DNA from: a virus
Lineage: Duplodnaviria > Heunggongvirae > Uroviricota > Caudoviricetes
Virus record (IMG/VR): IMGVR_UViG_3300047567_000058
Span: 144,405-201,011 of that record
Direction: 5' to 3' (one strand)
Length of the DNA: 56,607 nucleotides
Shown: piece after piece, positions 30,053 to 40,530 of the stretch
How the letters are laid out: each line of letters starts with the position of its first letter
Position numbering within the stretch: position 1 is the stretch's first letter
Program-made: the position numbers and the translations under genes
Notes under the pieces: model-generated
Database searches by the model: none
The model's input: the letters and a program-made list of their open reading frames with translations, nothing else
Told to the model about the DNA's origin: nothing

Positions 30053-30753
30053 ATGGCAACTGGACTAACCCCCAACGGACGCGCTTAGATACCTAAAGAG
30101 AAACCTTGGGTCGGTCGTCCAGACGATCGAGATTTCGGACGAGGAGATGATGAAAGTCGTCTTCGACGAGAGCCTGAAGACGTTCAGCAAGTTCTTCCCG
30201 TACGTCTATAACGTCACGCTATCGTCGGCTGACATCGTCCCAGGAAGCGAGAACAGGGTACTATCTCCCGAACAAGGACAACATCCAGATATTCGGGATC
30301 CACAAGATCCACTTCGACCAGTCGATCCAATACGGAGCCACCGTGGTTCCAATGACGATCAACCCATTCGAGAATCAGATCCTGGCGGATTATACGAGCG
30401 CCGTTCTTCCTAGAACGACTTTCAGATTCGAGCCGCCAAACGTCGTCAACTGCTATCCTAAGCTTCTGAAGAACGACTATCCGATCATCGAGGTCAAAGC
30501 GATTCATCCTAAGCATCTAAAGACTATCCCGATCGGCCTAAGGGACGAGTTCCTGCAGCTATGCCTATGCGATGTCCTTATCTCGTTGTATCCGATCAGG
30601 CACCGCTTCCAGAGCATGAGCACTCCTTATGGAAACATCGAGCCGTTCTTCGATATGGTCGATAGCGCCACCGAGAAGAGAGACGCCTTGATCCAGAAGT
30701 GGCAAGATCAGTTCGTCAAATCCTCTTACGTCACCAGAGTAACCGTAGCTTAA
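30053..30753 (+). CDS. Neck/head-completion protein (T4 gp13-like), frameshifted near 30070 and near 30270-30310
   Basis: The reconstructed N-terminus LRYLKRNLG..IEISDEEMM..LKTFSKFFP resembles neck proteins. It joins ORFs 30147-30413 and 30343-30753. Confidence 0.6.
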
Positions 30754-30759
30754 GCAAAG

Positions 30760-30786
30760 AAAAAGACTGCCGACTGGCAGTCTTTT
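30760..30786. terminator. Bidirectional terminator
   Basis: aaaagactgcc-gact-ggcagtctttt between convergent genes. Confidence 0.8.
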
Positions 30787-31526
30787 CAATACTTGAGGAT
30801 CTTCTCGATAGGCGTGTCTTTCTCTTCCTGATGCGTCTTGGTCTTGTAGATGGCGGATACGATCTGATGGTTCGAATCCTCTCCGCATATTCCGGTGAAC
30901 GTCGAGTTTAGCTCAGGGATCTTCGTCATCCGCACGAGCTTGAAGTCATAATCCGTTCCGCGACCTGACCCAGCCAGCATTCTGAACGGCTGAGACGTGT
31001 TGTTCTTGTTTCTGTACAGCTCGGATAGGACGACCTCAAGGCTTAGAAGGGGGACTCCTATCTTCGACTTGACGCCGGAAATGATCAGAGACTGCATCAC
31101 GAGATCGATCGACTTTCTATAAGGAAGCGATGGCGGGATCTTTCCGAAAGCGATCATCTTCGAGAACATGAATTCGATGTCCTGGTTGCTCTCCTTATGC
31201 AGAAGATCATAGATGAACGCGTCTCCCCGATTGAGGACGAAAACGGTATAGTCAGCTTCTGGCATGCCAGGAAGAAGACGCATCGTCTTGGTGTATTTCG
31301 AAGAGAAGCTGAAACGTATTCTGATAGGCATCGTTATCTGATAGAGATGGCCGTCTGTCTTGAAGCAGAAGATACCCATGCAGTCGATGAACTCGGATAC
31401 GATTTCAGCCATGTCCACGGAGTCATCGAAATAATCGGAAGGAAGGAATATATCCAGTTCCTCTCCGGTGAACGTGAGCTGAGTCCTCGATCCGAATTGC
31501 TCTTCCTTGAAAAATGGGTAAGTCAT
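30786..31526 (-). CDS. Probable extreme C-terminal piece of the second (virion) RNAP beta-prime subunit
   Basis: EVVLSELYR..STFTGICGED..TPIEKIL parallels the beta-prime C-terminal HIEII..SF..AASF region, which the 33438-34649 product lacks. Confidence 0.55.
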   Translation of the reverse strand: MTYPFFKEEQFGSRTQLTFTGEELDIFLPSDYFDDSVDMAEIVSEFIDCMGIFCFKTDGHLYQITMPIRIRFSFSSKYTKTMRLLPGMPEADYTVFVLNRGDAFIYDLLHKESNQDIEFMFSKMIAFGKIPPSLPYRKSIDLVMQSLIISGVKSKIGVPLLSLEVVLSELYRNKNNTSQPFRMLAGSGRGTDYDFKLVRMTKIPELNSTFTGICGEDSNHQIVSAIYKTKTHQEEKDTPIEKILKY

Positions 31527-32095
31527 TGATTGGCAGGTCCTCTTGTCTTCTTATCTAAATCGCTGAACGCCTTCCTTCGCTTTGACATGGCGTCATTAGG
31601 ATCGATGTTGTCCTGCGAATCGCCTTCGGTGCTCTGCGTCTGCGAGATCGGAACTCCGGCATTCGACAGACCGTTGATTCCGTCGGCGAGGTTCTTTCTG
31701 AATCTGAATACGAATTTCTTCATGTAGATCTCGTCTCGCTTGATGACGGCGAACACAGCCAGGCCATAATCGATTCGGGTTATCTCAAGATGGTAATCGA
31801 TGCCGATGTTGTTCTCGGAATCGTTGTAATGCTCCATCATGGCATCCATGTAGTCTCGGATCTTGTCTTCGCTCATGGGCTCTCCGACGTTGAGCCTTAG
31901 GATATTGAGATCGTCCCTAAGCTCGGTCTTTTCCCTGCAGAAACTGTATATCTCTGGGAACAGGGCATATTTAAGTCTGGCGTAATAAACCGAATTCTCT
32001 ATGACCGCGGGCAGAGATGGCTCTACGTGAACGAGCATCTCCTCCAGCTGCTTAAGCTCAGGCGATGCCTTTTCCAAAATGATCTTTTCAGGCAT
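31523..32095 (-). CDS. Hypothetical protein
   Basis: 190-aa ORF within an operon. Confidence 0.65.
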   Translation of the reverse strand: MPEKIILEKASPELKQLEEMLVHVEPSLPAVIENSVYYARLKYALFPEIYSFCREKTELRDDLNILRLNVGEPMSEDKIRDYMDAMMEHYNDSENNIGIDYHLEITRIDYGLAVFAVIKRDEIYMKKFVFRFRKNLADGINGLSNAGVPISQTQSTEGDSQDNIDPNDAMSKRRKAFSDLDKKTRGPANQ

Positions 32096-32111
32096 GCTTG
32101 GACTTCCCTAT

Positions 32112-32693
32112 TTATTTTTTATTTTCCGGATTGACGCCGCAGACGTCGCAGATGATCATCAATCCTTCAAGGACATTCTTGAGGGCCGGCTCATCATAAT
32201 CGGTAGGAGATTGCATCATGCAGAACAGATCTGATCTAAGCCGATCATATCCTTCAAGCAATTCCGATCCAGCTCCGATCTTTGATTTGGTGACGACCAG
32301 TCCGCTTCCGTTAGACTTGATGTCTGCTCCGCGATAGAACGCCTCAACCAGCCCAAAGTCGTCTTTTGATTGCGGCTTGAGGAATCTTTCCGATTCGACT
32401 CCGACCTTAATGGCTTCTTCAAGAGAAGTCTCTCCGAATCCTGATCTTACTTTCGAGGCAAGGGCCTTCGCGGTCTTCTCTGAAAGGAAGAATTTGACGG
32501 TTGGATCATTGCGAACTTCGAAGAATCCCGGGCAATCCAATGCCGATTCGGTCATTCCTTCATAGCATTTATGCGCCATTTCAGACGCTTTGCTTTCGAA
32601 GACGGAAAGGGCTGCGTCTGCAGCACGGCTTCCCATGATATCAAGCATTTGCGCTTTGTTGTATTCTTCGTCAAGGATAGTGATCTTTCTCAT
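32112..32693 (-). CDS. Hypothetical protein (likely start MRKITI)
   Basis: GAGG RBS before the internal ATG. Confidence 0.65.
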   Translation of the reverse strand: MRKITILDEEYNKAQMLDIMGSRAADAALSVFESKASEMAHKCYEGMTESALDCPGFFEVRNDPTVKFFLSEKTAKALASKVRSGFGETSLEEAIKVGVESERFLKPQSKDDFGLVEAFYRGADIKSNGSGLVVTKSKIGAGSELLEGYDRLRSDLFCMMQSPTDYDEPALKNVLEGLMIICDVCGVNPENKK

Positions 32694-32709
32694 TGTTATT
32701 GCCTCGAGA

Positions 32710-33273
32710 TTACGATAATTGATTGTTGCCGTCTTTTGATTTGATTCGCCACTTCTTGCAGAAATCATTCTCAAGAGACCTGGATTTCATGTAGATGTCA
32801 TGCATCTCTGATATCTTGTTGTCCATCATGTTTATGTAATTCGAATACATCGTGTCGCTCGAATCTATGCTGTCGGCTATCGATTCGGCGCATTCGAGCA
32901 TCTCCGTCAATTTATCCATGAGCTTCCGATGCCTATCGTAGCAATCTGACATATTCTTATGAAAAGTGATGGCGAAGTCTATGATTGCCGATACCAGAAC
33001 TATGCAAGATCCTATCATCATTATCGAATACATCGTGTTAGACGGGCTGTGGGCGTACATCAGAATCGAGAATATGGTGAACGCCATCCATGCCAGTATA
33101 AGAAAAGCGCCAAAGCTTAGCTTGGCGATGCATTTCTTATCGACCATCTTGGAGAGGCTTTTGCTGATGGGATCCATATCGGAATTGATGACTCCTGATA
33201 TGGCTTTTATTAGCGCCTTATCCGCTTCGGTTATCTTATCGTCTACGACAGTTTCTGTTGTTTCTTCAGACAT
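32710..33273 (-). CDS. Membrane protein with two transmembrane helices
   Basis: Hydrophobic stretches LSFGAFLILAWMAFTIFSILM and IMMIGSCIVLVSAIIDFAITF. Confidence 0.7.
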   Translation of the reverse strand: MSEETTETVVDDKITEADKALIKAISGVINSDMDPISKSLSKMVDKKCIAKLSFGAFLILAWMAFTIFSILMYAHSPSNTMYSIMMIGSCIVLVSAIIDFAITFHKNMSDCYDRHRKLMDKLTEMLECAESIADSIDSSDTMYSNYINMMDNKISEMHDIYMKSRSLENDFCKKWRIKSKDGNNQLS

Positions 33274-33419
33274 TTTTCAAGGCCAGCCATTGATTTAGCG
33301 ACGGCTACCACTCTTCCGCCATGGCCATATGCGGTTACGGTTCCGTCGGATGATTCCATAATAGCGACGTCATATCTGATTTCGATAGAACGTTTGTCGG
33401 ACTTTGATGCATTGGCCAT
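33243..33419 (-). CDS. Small hypothetical protein (58 aa, MANASKSDKR...)
   Basis: Translated manually. It fills the gap between two minus-strand genes and has AAAGGT upstream. Confidence 0.45.
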   Translation of the reverse strand: MANASKSDKRSIEIRYDVAIMESSDGTVTAYGHGGRVVAVAKSMAGLEKCLKKQQKLS

Positions 33420-33437
33420 ACCATGCTACCTTTCCAG

Positions 33438-34649
33438 CTAACTTAGCTGAGTGATGTATTTCGACGCGTCTATCTTGATGAACTTGACGGTTGAGTCGTG
33501 GACCTTCTTCATTGAGAGGTTCATGAGGTTTCCGGATGCCGTGTTGGATAGAAGGCCGATATTCTCGATACCCATTTTATAATATAGTTCTCCGGCGCAT
33601 ATATTGCAAATCTTATCTCCGGTGCAGAGCATCGGCGATCTCAGGCTCACGACCTTTCCGACATACTGATCTATGTTGGAGTCATCGAGCAATTTGTACT
33701 TGCCGCCCTCAACTATATAGCGATATAAGAACATTGTCTTAAGCTCAGGGTAAATGGTTACCTGAAGGGTCTGATGCGTATGGCAATCGGATCCTTTTTC
33801 GTCAAGGACGACGGTTTGCATGGCGTTGTTGTACTTCTTGGTCATATAGCCATCTTCCTGGGTCTTGACGCCTCTGGCGTATCCGCCATCGACGGTGAGG
33901 TTCGCGAACTTGGCGAAGTCCTCTTTGGTGATTCCGTCGATGTAGTTCGACTTAAGGACATCGACTCCGCCCTTGTTGATATCATCGACGATTCCGCCCA
34001 TGATAGACGTCTTCTTATAAGCAACGGGGAATTTGAATTCGCCGCCCTGATTATAGAAGTCCATCGAAGGATCGCCCTTTGCCTTCAACTCTTTCTTGGC
34101 CATGTCGAGGAGCTCATTCTCGACTTTAGAAGCGACGTTGGTATCTCCGGAAGACAGCTCCTTGTCGTATTGCTTGAACAGCTCGTTCTTCTTGGCGATG
34201 ACGTCTGGAAGAGGCTGCATGAAGTCAAAGCTAAGAGACGGGGTGATGTAATAGGCTTGGCCCATGGATATCCATTCTCCGTTATCGAGATAGGACGCGT
34301 AGTCCTGGACGGTGATCTCATCGTTAAGAAGCATGTTGGCCAGCTTATTCTCCGTTCCCTCAAGAACATCTCCGGTGAATGGGGTATTGATGTATCCGTA
34401 TTTCATGAGATACTTCGTAGGAAGGACGAACATCTCGAAGATGTATCTTCCGATGGTGGTCTCGACTGCCGTTTTGTTGTAAAGCTTTCCGGCAGGCAAT
34501 GTCATGATATCGTTGGTGTGAAAACGCGGGGCTGGCGCATCGTTAATGGCGGCGAAGTACCGCTTAAGCAATGTCATGTTGATGTCTTTTCTCGTGAGAG
34601 CAAGGACTTCCTGCGTCTCCGAATCAGTCAAATGCCTTCTTTGTGCCAT
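33438..34649 (-). CDS. Second RNA polymerase beta-prime subunit, middle/C-terminal part (probably virion RNAP)
   Basis: ETTIGRYIF, bridge helix GGYARGVKTQEDGYMTKK, SDC, LRSPMLC..ICNICAG and a trigger-loop-like LSMKKVH. Confidence 0.85.
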   Translation of the reverse strand: MAQRRHLTDSETQEVLALTRKDINMTLLKRYFAAINDAPAPRFHTNDIMTLPAGKLYNKTAVETTIGRYIFEMFVLPTKYLMKYGYINTPFTGDVLEGTENKLANMLLNDEITVQDYASYLDNGEWISMGQAYYITPSLSFDFMQPLPDVIAKKNELFKQYDKELSSGDTNVASKVENELLDMAKKELKAKGDPSMDFYNQGGEFKFPVAYKKTSIMGGIVDDINKGGVDVLKSNYIDGITKEDFAKFANLTVDGGYARGVKTQEDGYMTKKYNNAMQTVVLDEKGSDCHTHQTLQVTIYPELKTMFLYRYIVEGGKYKLLDDSNIDQYVGKVVSLRSPMLCTGDKICNICAGELYYKMGIENIGLLSNTASGNLMNLSMKKVHDSTVKFIKIDASKYITQLS

Positions 34650-34697
34650 TGCGACAGCCTCTTACTAAAATAATTTTATTTCCAATGAATCGGCGAA

Positions 34698-35384
34698 TCA
34701 GAAGTATATGTGGTAATCGATCTGATATGACGACCCAGGCATCAGATAGACCGGATCGAATACGACTCTTGAGAACAGCGTGTCTGACGATGCTACTGGA
34801 TATGACCCAGCGGACATGGACATTAGTCCCATCTCCGTTATGGCGTGCTGAGACGACGTCTCTTTGTATTTGCAGCAGATGTGGCATTCAGGGACGGCGC
34901 TTGACGAATCGACCATGTATGCGAATTGGCCTCCGGACACGGATTCGGCAGTCGTTGTCACCAGGCTGATTTCATCGCCTGCGCTAACGGATGCCGACGA
35001 GACTGTTTGCGAAGTGCTTGTTTTAGACGAGGAATTGTTGTATGTTCCGAAGGTGTAGGTGTAAGACGATGACGACGATGAGGACAATGTGACTCCGGTA
35101 TAATAAACGCTCGGTATACCGAATGAGATGCTCACCTTGGCATCCGATGCTGTCATGTTCTGATTGCTGAGATCAGTTCCCGATCCCATGTACATCGTGT
35201 TGAATAAGTACGCCGATGTGTTAGAGAATAGGACGTTCATGATGGCTCTGCGCCCTGACAGGACGATCATGTTCTTTTTATCAAGAAGGACATTTCCATC
35301 GGAGTCTTTGATAGAGACCTCGCCGTAGATGTCGTTGTTGACGAGGAATGCTTTCTCGGATATTTTATTTTTTTCCATGGCCAA
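34698..35384 (-). CDS. Baseplate/tail-fibre attachment-type structural protein
   Basis: KNMIVLSGR..GSGT..ITEMGL..LFSRVVFDP is a myophage baseplate pattern. Paralog of the adjacent gene. Confidence 0.7.
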   Translation of the reverse strand: MAMEKNKISEKAFLVNNDIYGEVSIKDSDGNVLLDKKNMIVLSGRRAIMNVLFSNTSAYLFNTMYMGSGTDLSNQNMTASDAKVSISFGIPSVYYTGVTLSSSSSSSYTYTFGTYNNSSSKTSTSQTVSSASVSAGDEISLVTTTAESVSGGQFAYMVDSSSAVPECHICCKYKETSSQHAITEMGLMSMSAGSYPVASSDTLFSRVVFDPVYLMPGSSYQIDYHIYF

Positions 35385-35388
35385 GACC

Positions 35389-35889
35389 TCAGAACCTTAT
35401 GATATAGGTTATTGTATCGTAATCTCCGGAGTTAAGATAAACCGGATCGAACGTGAATCTTGAGAACAGGCTCTCAGTGCTCGATGCTGCCGTGTCCGAA
35501 TAGCAAAGGCATGCTTCGGTTATGACATAAGACTGAGTCTTTCCCACGAGCGACATCGTGAACGTGATCGATCTTGAGCTCTCGTTGAACGCGGCAACAG
35601 ACGAGGTAACCGGAATTGTAAGATCGCTTATGATGGAAGCCGTCGGAATCGCATGGTCTGCGGTGGTGGCATCCGTTGAGCTCCCGAATTTTATGTTGGT
35701 GAATTTGTAAGAGCTTGACACGCTGCTTATGAGCTCTCCGCCTGAGAATCTCATTCCTGAGCAAAACACCTTGGCCAATACGCTTCTGCCGGTGTTGACG
35801 ATCCTGTTATGCCCTTCGGCGATAGTCTTGCCAGTCTTGTCCGTTATCACGAAAGTACCGACTGGGGTATATTCATCCTGTTCCATCAT
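35389..35889 (-). CDS. Baseplate/tail-fibre attachment-type structural protein (paralog)
   Basis: HNRIVNTGR..ITEACL..LFSRFTFDPVYL. Confidence 0.7.
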   Translation of the reverse strand: MMEQDEYTPVGTFVITDKTGKTIAEGHNRIVNTGRSVLAKVFCSGMRFSGGELISSVSSSYKFTNIKFGSSTDATTADHAIPTASIISDLTIPVTSSVAAFNESSRSITFTMSLVGKTQSYVITEACLCYSDTAASSTESLFSRFTFDPVYLNSGDYDTITYIIRF

Positions 35890-38800
35890 GCCACCTTCTT
35901 TATCGTTACTGATTCATCTGAATACATCACATCGGTTCTAACGGATCTCTTGGCATGGGTGACGGAGTCGGTCACGGGCATGCATTCCGATTTGGTGTCG
36001 TATGTCTTATATAGTTTAACATCATAGATCTGGCTTGTATACGATATGAACATCGTTAGAGCGGCGTTTATGAATGCCGCCGCGTTGTTGGAATTGGACG
36101 ACGTCGAATAGAGAATGCTCATGTCGTCAAGATTCTCGGCTTTCTCGGTTGCGTCGCTTATCATTTCGGTTATCTTATCGGATATAGCATCCGCCGTCAT
36201 AGACGCATACCCAGATCCAAAGAAAACGCTTATCAATGAAGAACTGCTTGAATCGGTAACTTTCTGGAAAGAGCTGTCGATCGTGCTTATTCCCGTGACG
36301 TCGATCGGCTTTAGTGAAGAACCTCTGTATCCGTATGTCGAAGATGTCTCAAGTTTAGATCCGTAGCTCATCGAAGCATCGGTGTAAACGTTGTTTATGA
36401 CGTATTCTATGAGATCTTCGAATTCGTTGTTTCTCAAAAGAGAATCAGACATAGACCCATTCAGCAGACCATTTCCATAATAGTCGATCGGAAGCTTGAT
36501 CATCGGGCTGATGATGTATTTATACAATATCGAGAACGGCATCCCGGTTCCGGCATTGGCCAAAACGGATGAGAATGATGCCGTATCTGAGTTCTTGGCG
36601 CACATGTATTTCAAGAAGTTGACGATGCCATCGTTGCTCCACTTGATGCCATCGTTGCTCCACTTCGACGATATCATATGGTAGATAATGCAAAGGCCGT
36701 CGGCATAATCCATGATCTGATCAATAGACGTCAGACCGTCTACCCCTGTATTTCCGATGGTCTCGCAGAATTTTAGCAGCGACGCTTTTCTCAAATTATA
36801 GACGTTCGAATAAAGAGTGCCGTAATCTTGAATGTTCTTGGCGCTTACATTAGATGCGGCCGTGTCGTAAATGCTTATCAGGTTGTTTATTATGGCCAGA
36901 TCCTTATCGTTTCCGGAAGGCCATGCTGACGCTATGCCATATCGATTAGTCATCTTCATGAACGGATTGAAATGCTTGTCGTCAAGAAGCTTGAGCGACT
37001 CTTCCTGCTTCTTGTATAGATAATACTCGAACGCATCCCATATCGCTCTGTAGTATTGATATAGATCGACGTTGTCTGACGAGCTCTTCACGTCGGTATC
37101 GACGTAATCAAGGGAAACGGCTCCGCGCTGATCGGAGGTGCTTGTGAGGTAATGCTTTGATCCGTATTTCTCGATGATCGACATCGCCGATATGCAATAC
37201 CTCGTCATCGCATAAACCTTTGCGATGCTTTCAGAAAGCTCATATCCGCTGTACTTTGTGCTTACGGCTCCGCTAATCTCCTTGGAGATAAGATCCTGTC
37301 CTATCTTCCAATATGTCGAATCGTCTTTGACGAAGTCTGAATATTCTGAGAAGTCGTTGTTTGAGATTGCCGACATGACGGCTTCGTGCTCATTGACTGC
37401 GTCATAAGGAATGCGGACGAATACCAGCCTAGGATACTGAGACAGACTGTTGTCCTGCATGACTTCTTTTGATGAGTTCTCATAGAATTCCTTGTTTCCA
37501 TCGGTCCCGTCTGAGACTCCGTTCAAAGACACGAGAACGTATCGATTAACGGTAACGCTATAAACGCTGTCGCTGAATATGCTTTGAAGCATGCTCATGA
37601 CTTGGCGGCTTCCCTTGCTTCTGACGAGGCTGTTATAGTTGGCTACCATTCGTTTCTTGTACTCGAACTGATTGTAGAAAGCGGCTGAATCCTTCAAGGC
37701 ATTCAAGCCATAGCTGTCAAGAAAGTTATCGATATCAGTGTCGTCATAATAATTGATGTTATGAAGCTCATCCTGTTTATATGACAGGAATCTTATGAGG
37801 GCATAGTCAAGAATGAAGATATGTTCATATGCCTTGTAATTGTCATCCAGAATGAAGGATTTATTTAAAATATTCCTGTAATAGAAATCCCTGGTCTGAC
37901 GATACATGTCGAGGAACTTCGTGATCTCGTTCTTCTCGCTGCTGTTAACGCCATATCCGATATAGCTTCCAGTCATATACTGGATGATGTCGCTCTCTTT
38001 GGCTCTTCGGCAATAGTATGGATGGACGCGCAGAGCTCCCAAGCAAGCCACGGCATTGTCAGATAAGATCAGCTTGTTGGTGTAGCTGATTATCGAATCA
38101 TATCTCGTCGAGTCATCGAAAAGGTGGGCCGAGTCGATTCCTGTTGCGGCATATTCGATCAGATCGGAGTATTCGATCTCGCGATAAACCGGATTGAGCT
38201 CCTTGTACATGACGCTTAGATTGATGAGATAATTGCCATCGATGTTCTTATAAGCGCTTGTTTCGGCTGATTCGCCATTGTTGCTGAGCATCGAAACAAG
38301 AGCCGAATATTGCGTCTGGCTCAAAGCGATCTTCTTGAATGACATCATGGCTATCAGCTTTCCGTCATTCATGTCTATGAACTCGTCTAGGGTAGCTGAG
38401 TTTTTGTATGCCTCAGATCCATTGGCGAAGAACATGTACTGAATCTTAGATTTGGCCAATGTTCTGATAAAATACTCTACTATCTCTCCCTTTTCCTTAT
38501 AGGATTCTCCAGAATACGTCGGGAACATATCAACCGTCATATGATAGTCTGTGCTTGACGCATAGACTGGCTTGGACGGCATTAAGAGAATCGACTTGCT
38601 AAGACCATCTGATCCTGATCCTATGCTAGATAAGAATACCTTGGAATCTGTTGATAAAACCGTATAGTTAGGAATGTCGTAGCATACCTCATCGATTCCT
38701 GCTATAGTCTCAAACAGTCCGGTTGATTGATTCATCAGATACCCTTTTACGGTATTGACGGCGTCCTTTCCAGAATACGATGACTTTGAATGATTGACTG

Positions 38801-39794
38801 AATATGACGCTATAGTCCACGACACGGAGAATAGCTTCTCCTTGTATGAGCTGCCATTGGTCACGCTGTTAAGAACGTAATACGTCGCGGTCTGGATCTT
38901 ATTGTATGAGGAGAAATCCTTCTTGATATAGTCTCCAGATGCGTTCTTGACGTATATGTCGTAGATAACGTTGTTTATAGTCTCTGTCTGGTAATCAACC
39001 GAATCTCCGACTGTGTTTGAAGTCGTTATCTCTACGGTGACGGGAGACTCCATTCCAACTGAGCTTAGATATTCTTTGATTGCCGAATACATCGCCAATG
39101 AAGCTATGTATTTTATGATTCCTTTAAGAGCAAGCGAGCTTTTGTATGTGCTCGTCGGATCCTTAAGGAATCTGGCGCTCAGAGAATTTCCGGTGAATGT
39201 CTGAGCTGAGCTGCTTACTCCGTAAGTCGCGCTTCCGGCAGACGTTTCATCGGAATATGCCGTAAAAACGCTGCTAGGAACAGTCGAGTAACTGAACGAC
39301 AGATTCGTTTTACCATCAGAGACAGCAAGAACGATGCTGCTGAAATACAGGTCTATGTACTTTACGATGGCGTCTTTGAAGAAAGACGATCCTTCATCGT
39401 TGGATACTCCAAATACGGCCTGAGGATAATGCGTGCTGTAATACTGCTTGTCTTCGCTGTTGTAAGCCGTGACATAGTTCATGAGAGACAGAATGTCATC
39501 CGTGGTAAGCCCCGTCTCGAAGTACTTCGTAAGGAACTTACCGAAGATATAGCTAAGCTGAGTCTCGGCTTCGTCGATGGTGGTGCTATCCTTGATTGAC
39601 GAATTGAGAATGAATGCCGTTGCATCTGCAAGGCGCGTGGTCATTCCATCGGGAACGTTATAGGACGTAGCCGACGAAGTAGTCGAATAGTTGGCGGCTA
39701 AGTGGGCCAAATACTCCGCATCGATCGATGTGCGGAACTTATTGGCTATGCTATTTACTTCAGACGCCGTCTTGAAATTGTATCCAGATGCCAT
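35886..39794 (-). CDS. Large virion structural protein, probable baseplate wedge component (start MASGYNF)
   Basis: About 1300 aa. LDSYG..NYNSLVRSKGS resembles the wedge-protein KG(T/S) motif. AGAGGA RBS and a late promoter just upstream of ATG 39794. Confidence 0.7.
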   Translation of the reverse strand: MASGYNFKTASEVNSIANKFRTSIDAEYLAHLAANYSTTSSATSYNVPDGMTTRLADATAFILNSSIKDSTTIDEAETQLSYIFGKFLTKYFETGLTTDDILSLMNYVTAYNSEDKQYYSTHYPQAVFGVSNDEGSSFFKDAIVKYIDLYFSSIVLAVSDGKTNLSFSYSTVPSSVFTAYSDETSAGSATYGVSSSAQTFTGNSLSARFLKDPTSTYKSSLALKGIIKYIASLAMYSAIKEYLSSVGMESPVTVEITTSNTVGDSVDYQTETINNVIYDIYVKNASGDYIKKDFSSYNKIQTATYYVLNSVTNGSSYKEKLFSVSWTIASYSVNHSKSSYSGKDAVNTVKGYLMNQSTGLFETIAGIDEVCYDIPNYTVLSTDSKVFLSSIGSGSDGLSKSILLMPSKPVYASSTDYHMTVDMFPTYSGESYKEKGEIVEYFIRTLAKSKIQYMFFANGSEAYKNSATLDEFIDMNDGKLIAMMSFKKIALSQTQYSALVSMLSNNGESAETSAYKNIDGNYLINLSVMYKELNPVYREIEYSDLIEYAATGIDSAHLFDDSTRYDSIISYTNKLILSDNAVACLGALRVHPYYCRRAKESDIIQYMTGSYIGYGVNSSEKNEITKFLDMYRQTRDFYYRNILNKSFILDDNYKAYEHIFILDYALIRFLSYKQDELHNINYYDDTDIDNFLDSYGLNALKDSAAFYNQFEYKKRMVANYNSLVRSKGSRQVMSMLQSIFSDSVYSVTVNRYVLVSLNGVSDGTDGNKEFYENSSKEVMQDNSLSQYPRLVFVRIPYDAVNEHEAVMSAISNNDFSEYSDFVKDDSTYWKIGQDLISKEISGAVSTKYSGYELSESIAKVYAMTRYCISAMSIIEKYGSKHYLTSTSDQRGAVSLDYVDTDVKSSSDNVDLYQYYRAIWDAFEYYLYKKQEESLKLLDDKHFNPFMKMTNRYGIASAWPSGNDKDLAIINNLISIYDTAASNVSAKNIQDYGTLYSNVYNLRKASLLKFCETIGNTGVDGLTSIDQIMDYADGLCIIYHMISSKWSNDGIKWSNDGIVNFLKYMCAKNSDTASFSSVLANAGTGMPFSILYKYIISPMIKLPIDYYGNGLLNGSMSDSLLRNNEFEDLIEYVINNVYTDASMSYGSKLETSSTYGYRGSSLKPIDVTGISTIDSSFQKVTDSSSSSLISVFFGSGYASMTADAISDKITEMISDATEKAENLDDMSILYSTSSNSNNAAAFINAALTMFISYTSQIYDVKLYKTYDTKSECMPVTDSVTHAKRSVRTDVMYSDESVTIKKVA
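36624..36665. repeat. Exact in-frame 21-bp tandem duplication (KWSNDGI x2)
   Basis: gatgccatcgttgctccactt occurs twice in tandem. Confidence 0.9.
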
Positions 39795-39811
39795 TCGATA
39801 TCCTCTGATAA

Positions 39812-39903
39812 TAATCAATTGTTCGAGAGGCCCCTTTCCGCTTAGGCCTAAAGGCGCGTCGCCATGAGGGAAAAATTTAAAAATATCGGTCAACAACAGA
39901 TTA
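39812..39903. promoter_or_regulatory. Divergent late promoters AACA-N6-TA (39812-39823 minus; 39892-39903 plus)
   Basis: AACAATTGATTA and AACAACAGATTA, each directly upstream of an RBS and ATG. Confidence 0.75.
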
Positions 39904-39918
39904 TCGAGGATTAACATC

Positions 39919-40530
39919 ATGAGCGACAGCAAGATAGGAAACATAGACTTTGTCGATACAAAGAACGGGCCGACTGCCAAAAGCAGCTCTTCCCCATTCA
40001 GCGAGTCTCTCTACTTCTCAGACTCTTTCGATGAAGCATCAATAACGGCATTCATCAAAAGCGTCGAGCGTATGATAAGGACTTCGCATGAGTACAGCCA
40101 GTATCTTGGCCTGCTTAAGACCAACTACGATACGATGAACCATGATGACATCCTATCCAACATATCCAATGCCGATGCCACGATAGAGTTCCACCACTAT
40201 CCGTTCTCGCTATATGACATAATCGATACTGTTGTGTCTTATCACCTTACCCATGATGACAAATTCACGTCATATTCCATAGCTGACGAAGTCATGAGAG
40301 AGCACTTCGCGAACAGGATTGGATTAGTCCCTCTGACAAAGACAAATCACGAATTGGCTCATGACGGGCATTTGTTCATTTCAAAAACGCAGGTGTTCGG
40401 AGATTACAAAGCGTTCATGAATAAGTACAAAGACGGGGTTTCTGCAGAGTTAATCAAGAAAATCGCCGATATGGAAAAACAATCTGACGATGGAAGAATG
40501 ACTGATGAAGGCGGAATCTTGAATGTATAA
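39919..40530 (+). CDS. Conserved jumbo-phage protein with an HNH-like His motif
   Basis: IEFHHYPFSLYDI..GLVPLTKTNHELAH. Paralog of 54393-55109. Confidence 0.7.
   Translation: MSDSKIGNIDFVDTKNGPTAKSSSSPFSESLYFSDSFDEASITAFIKSVERMIRTSHEYSQYLGLLKTNYDTMNHDDILSNISNADATIEFHHYPFSLYDIIDTVVSYHLTHDDKFTSYSIADEVMREHFANRIGLVPLTKTNHELAHDGHLFISKTQVFGDYKAFMNKYKDGVSAELIKKIADMEKQSDDGRMTDEGGILNV

Noticed and set aside
39795-39980. N-terminal extension of the 1364-aa ORF
   Set aside because: It overlaps the divergent gene and both promoters. The RBS and promoter support ATG 39794 as the start.
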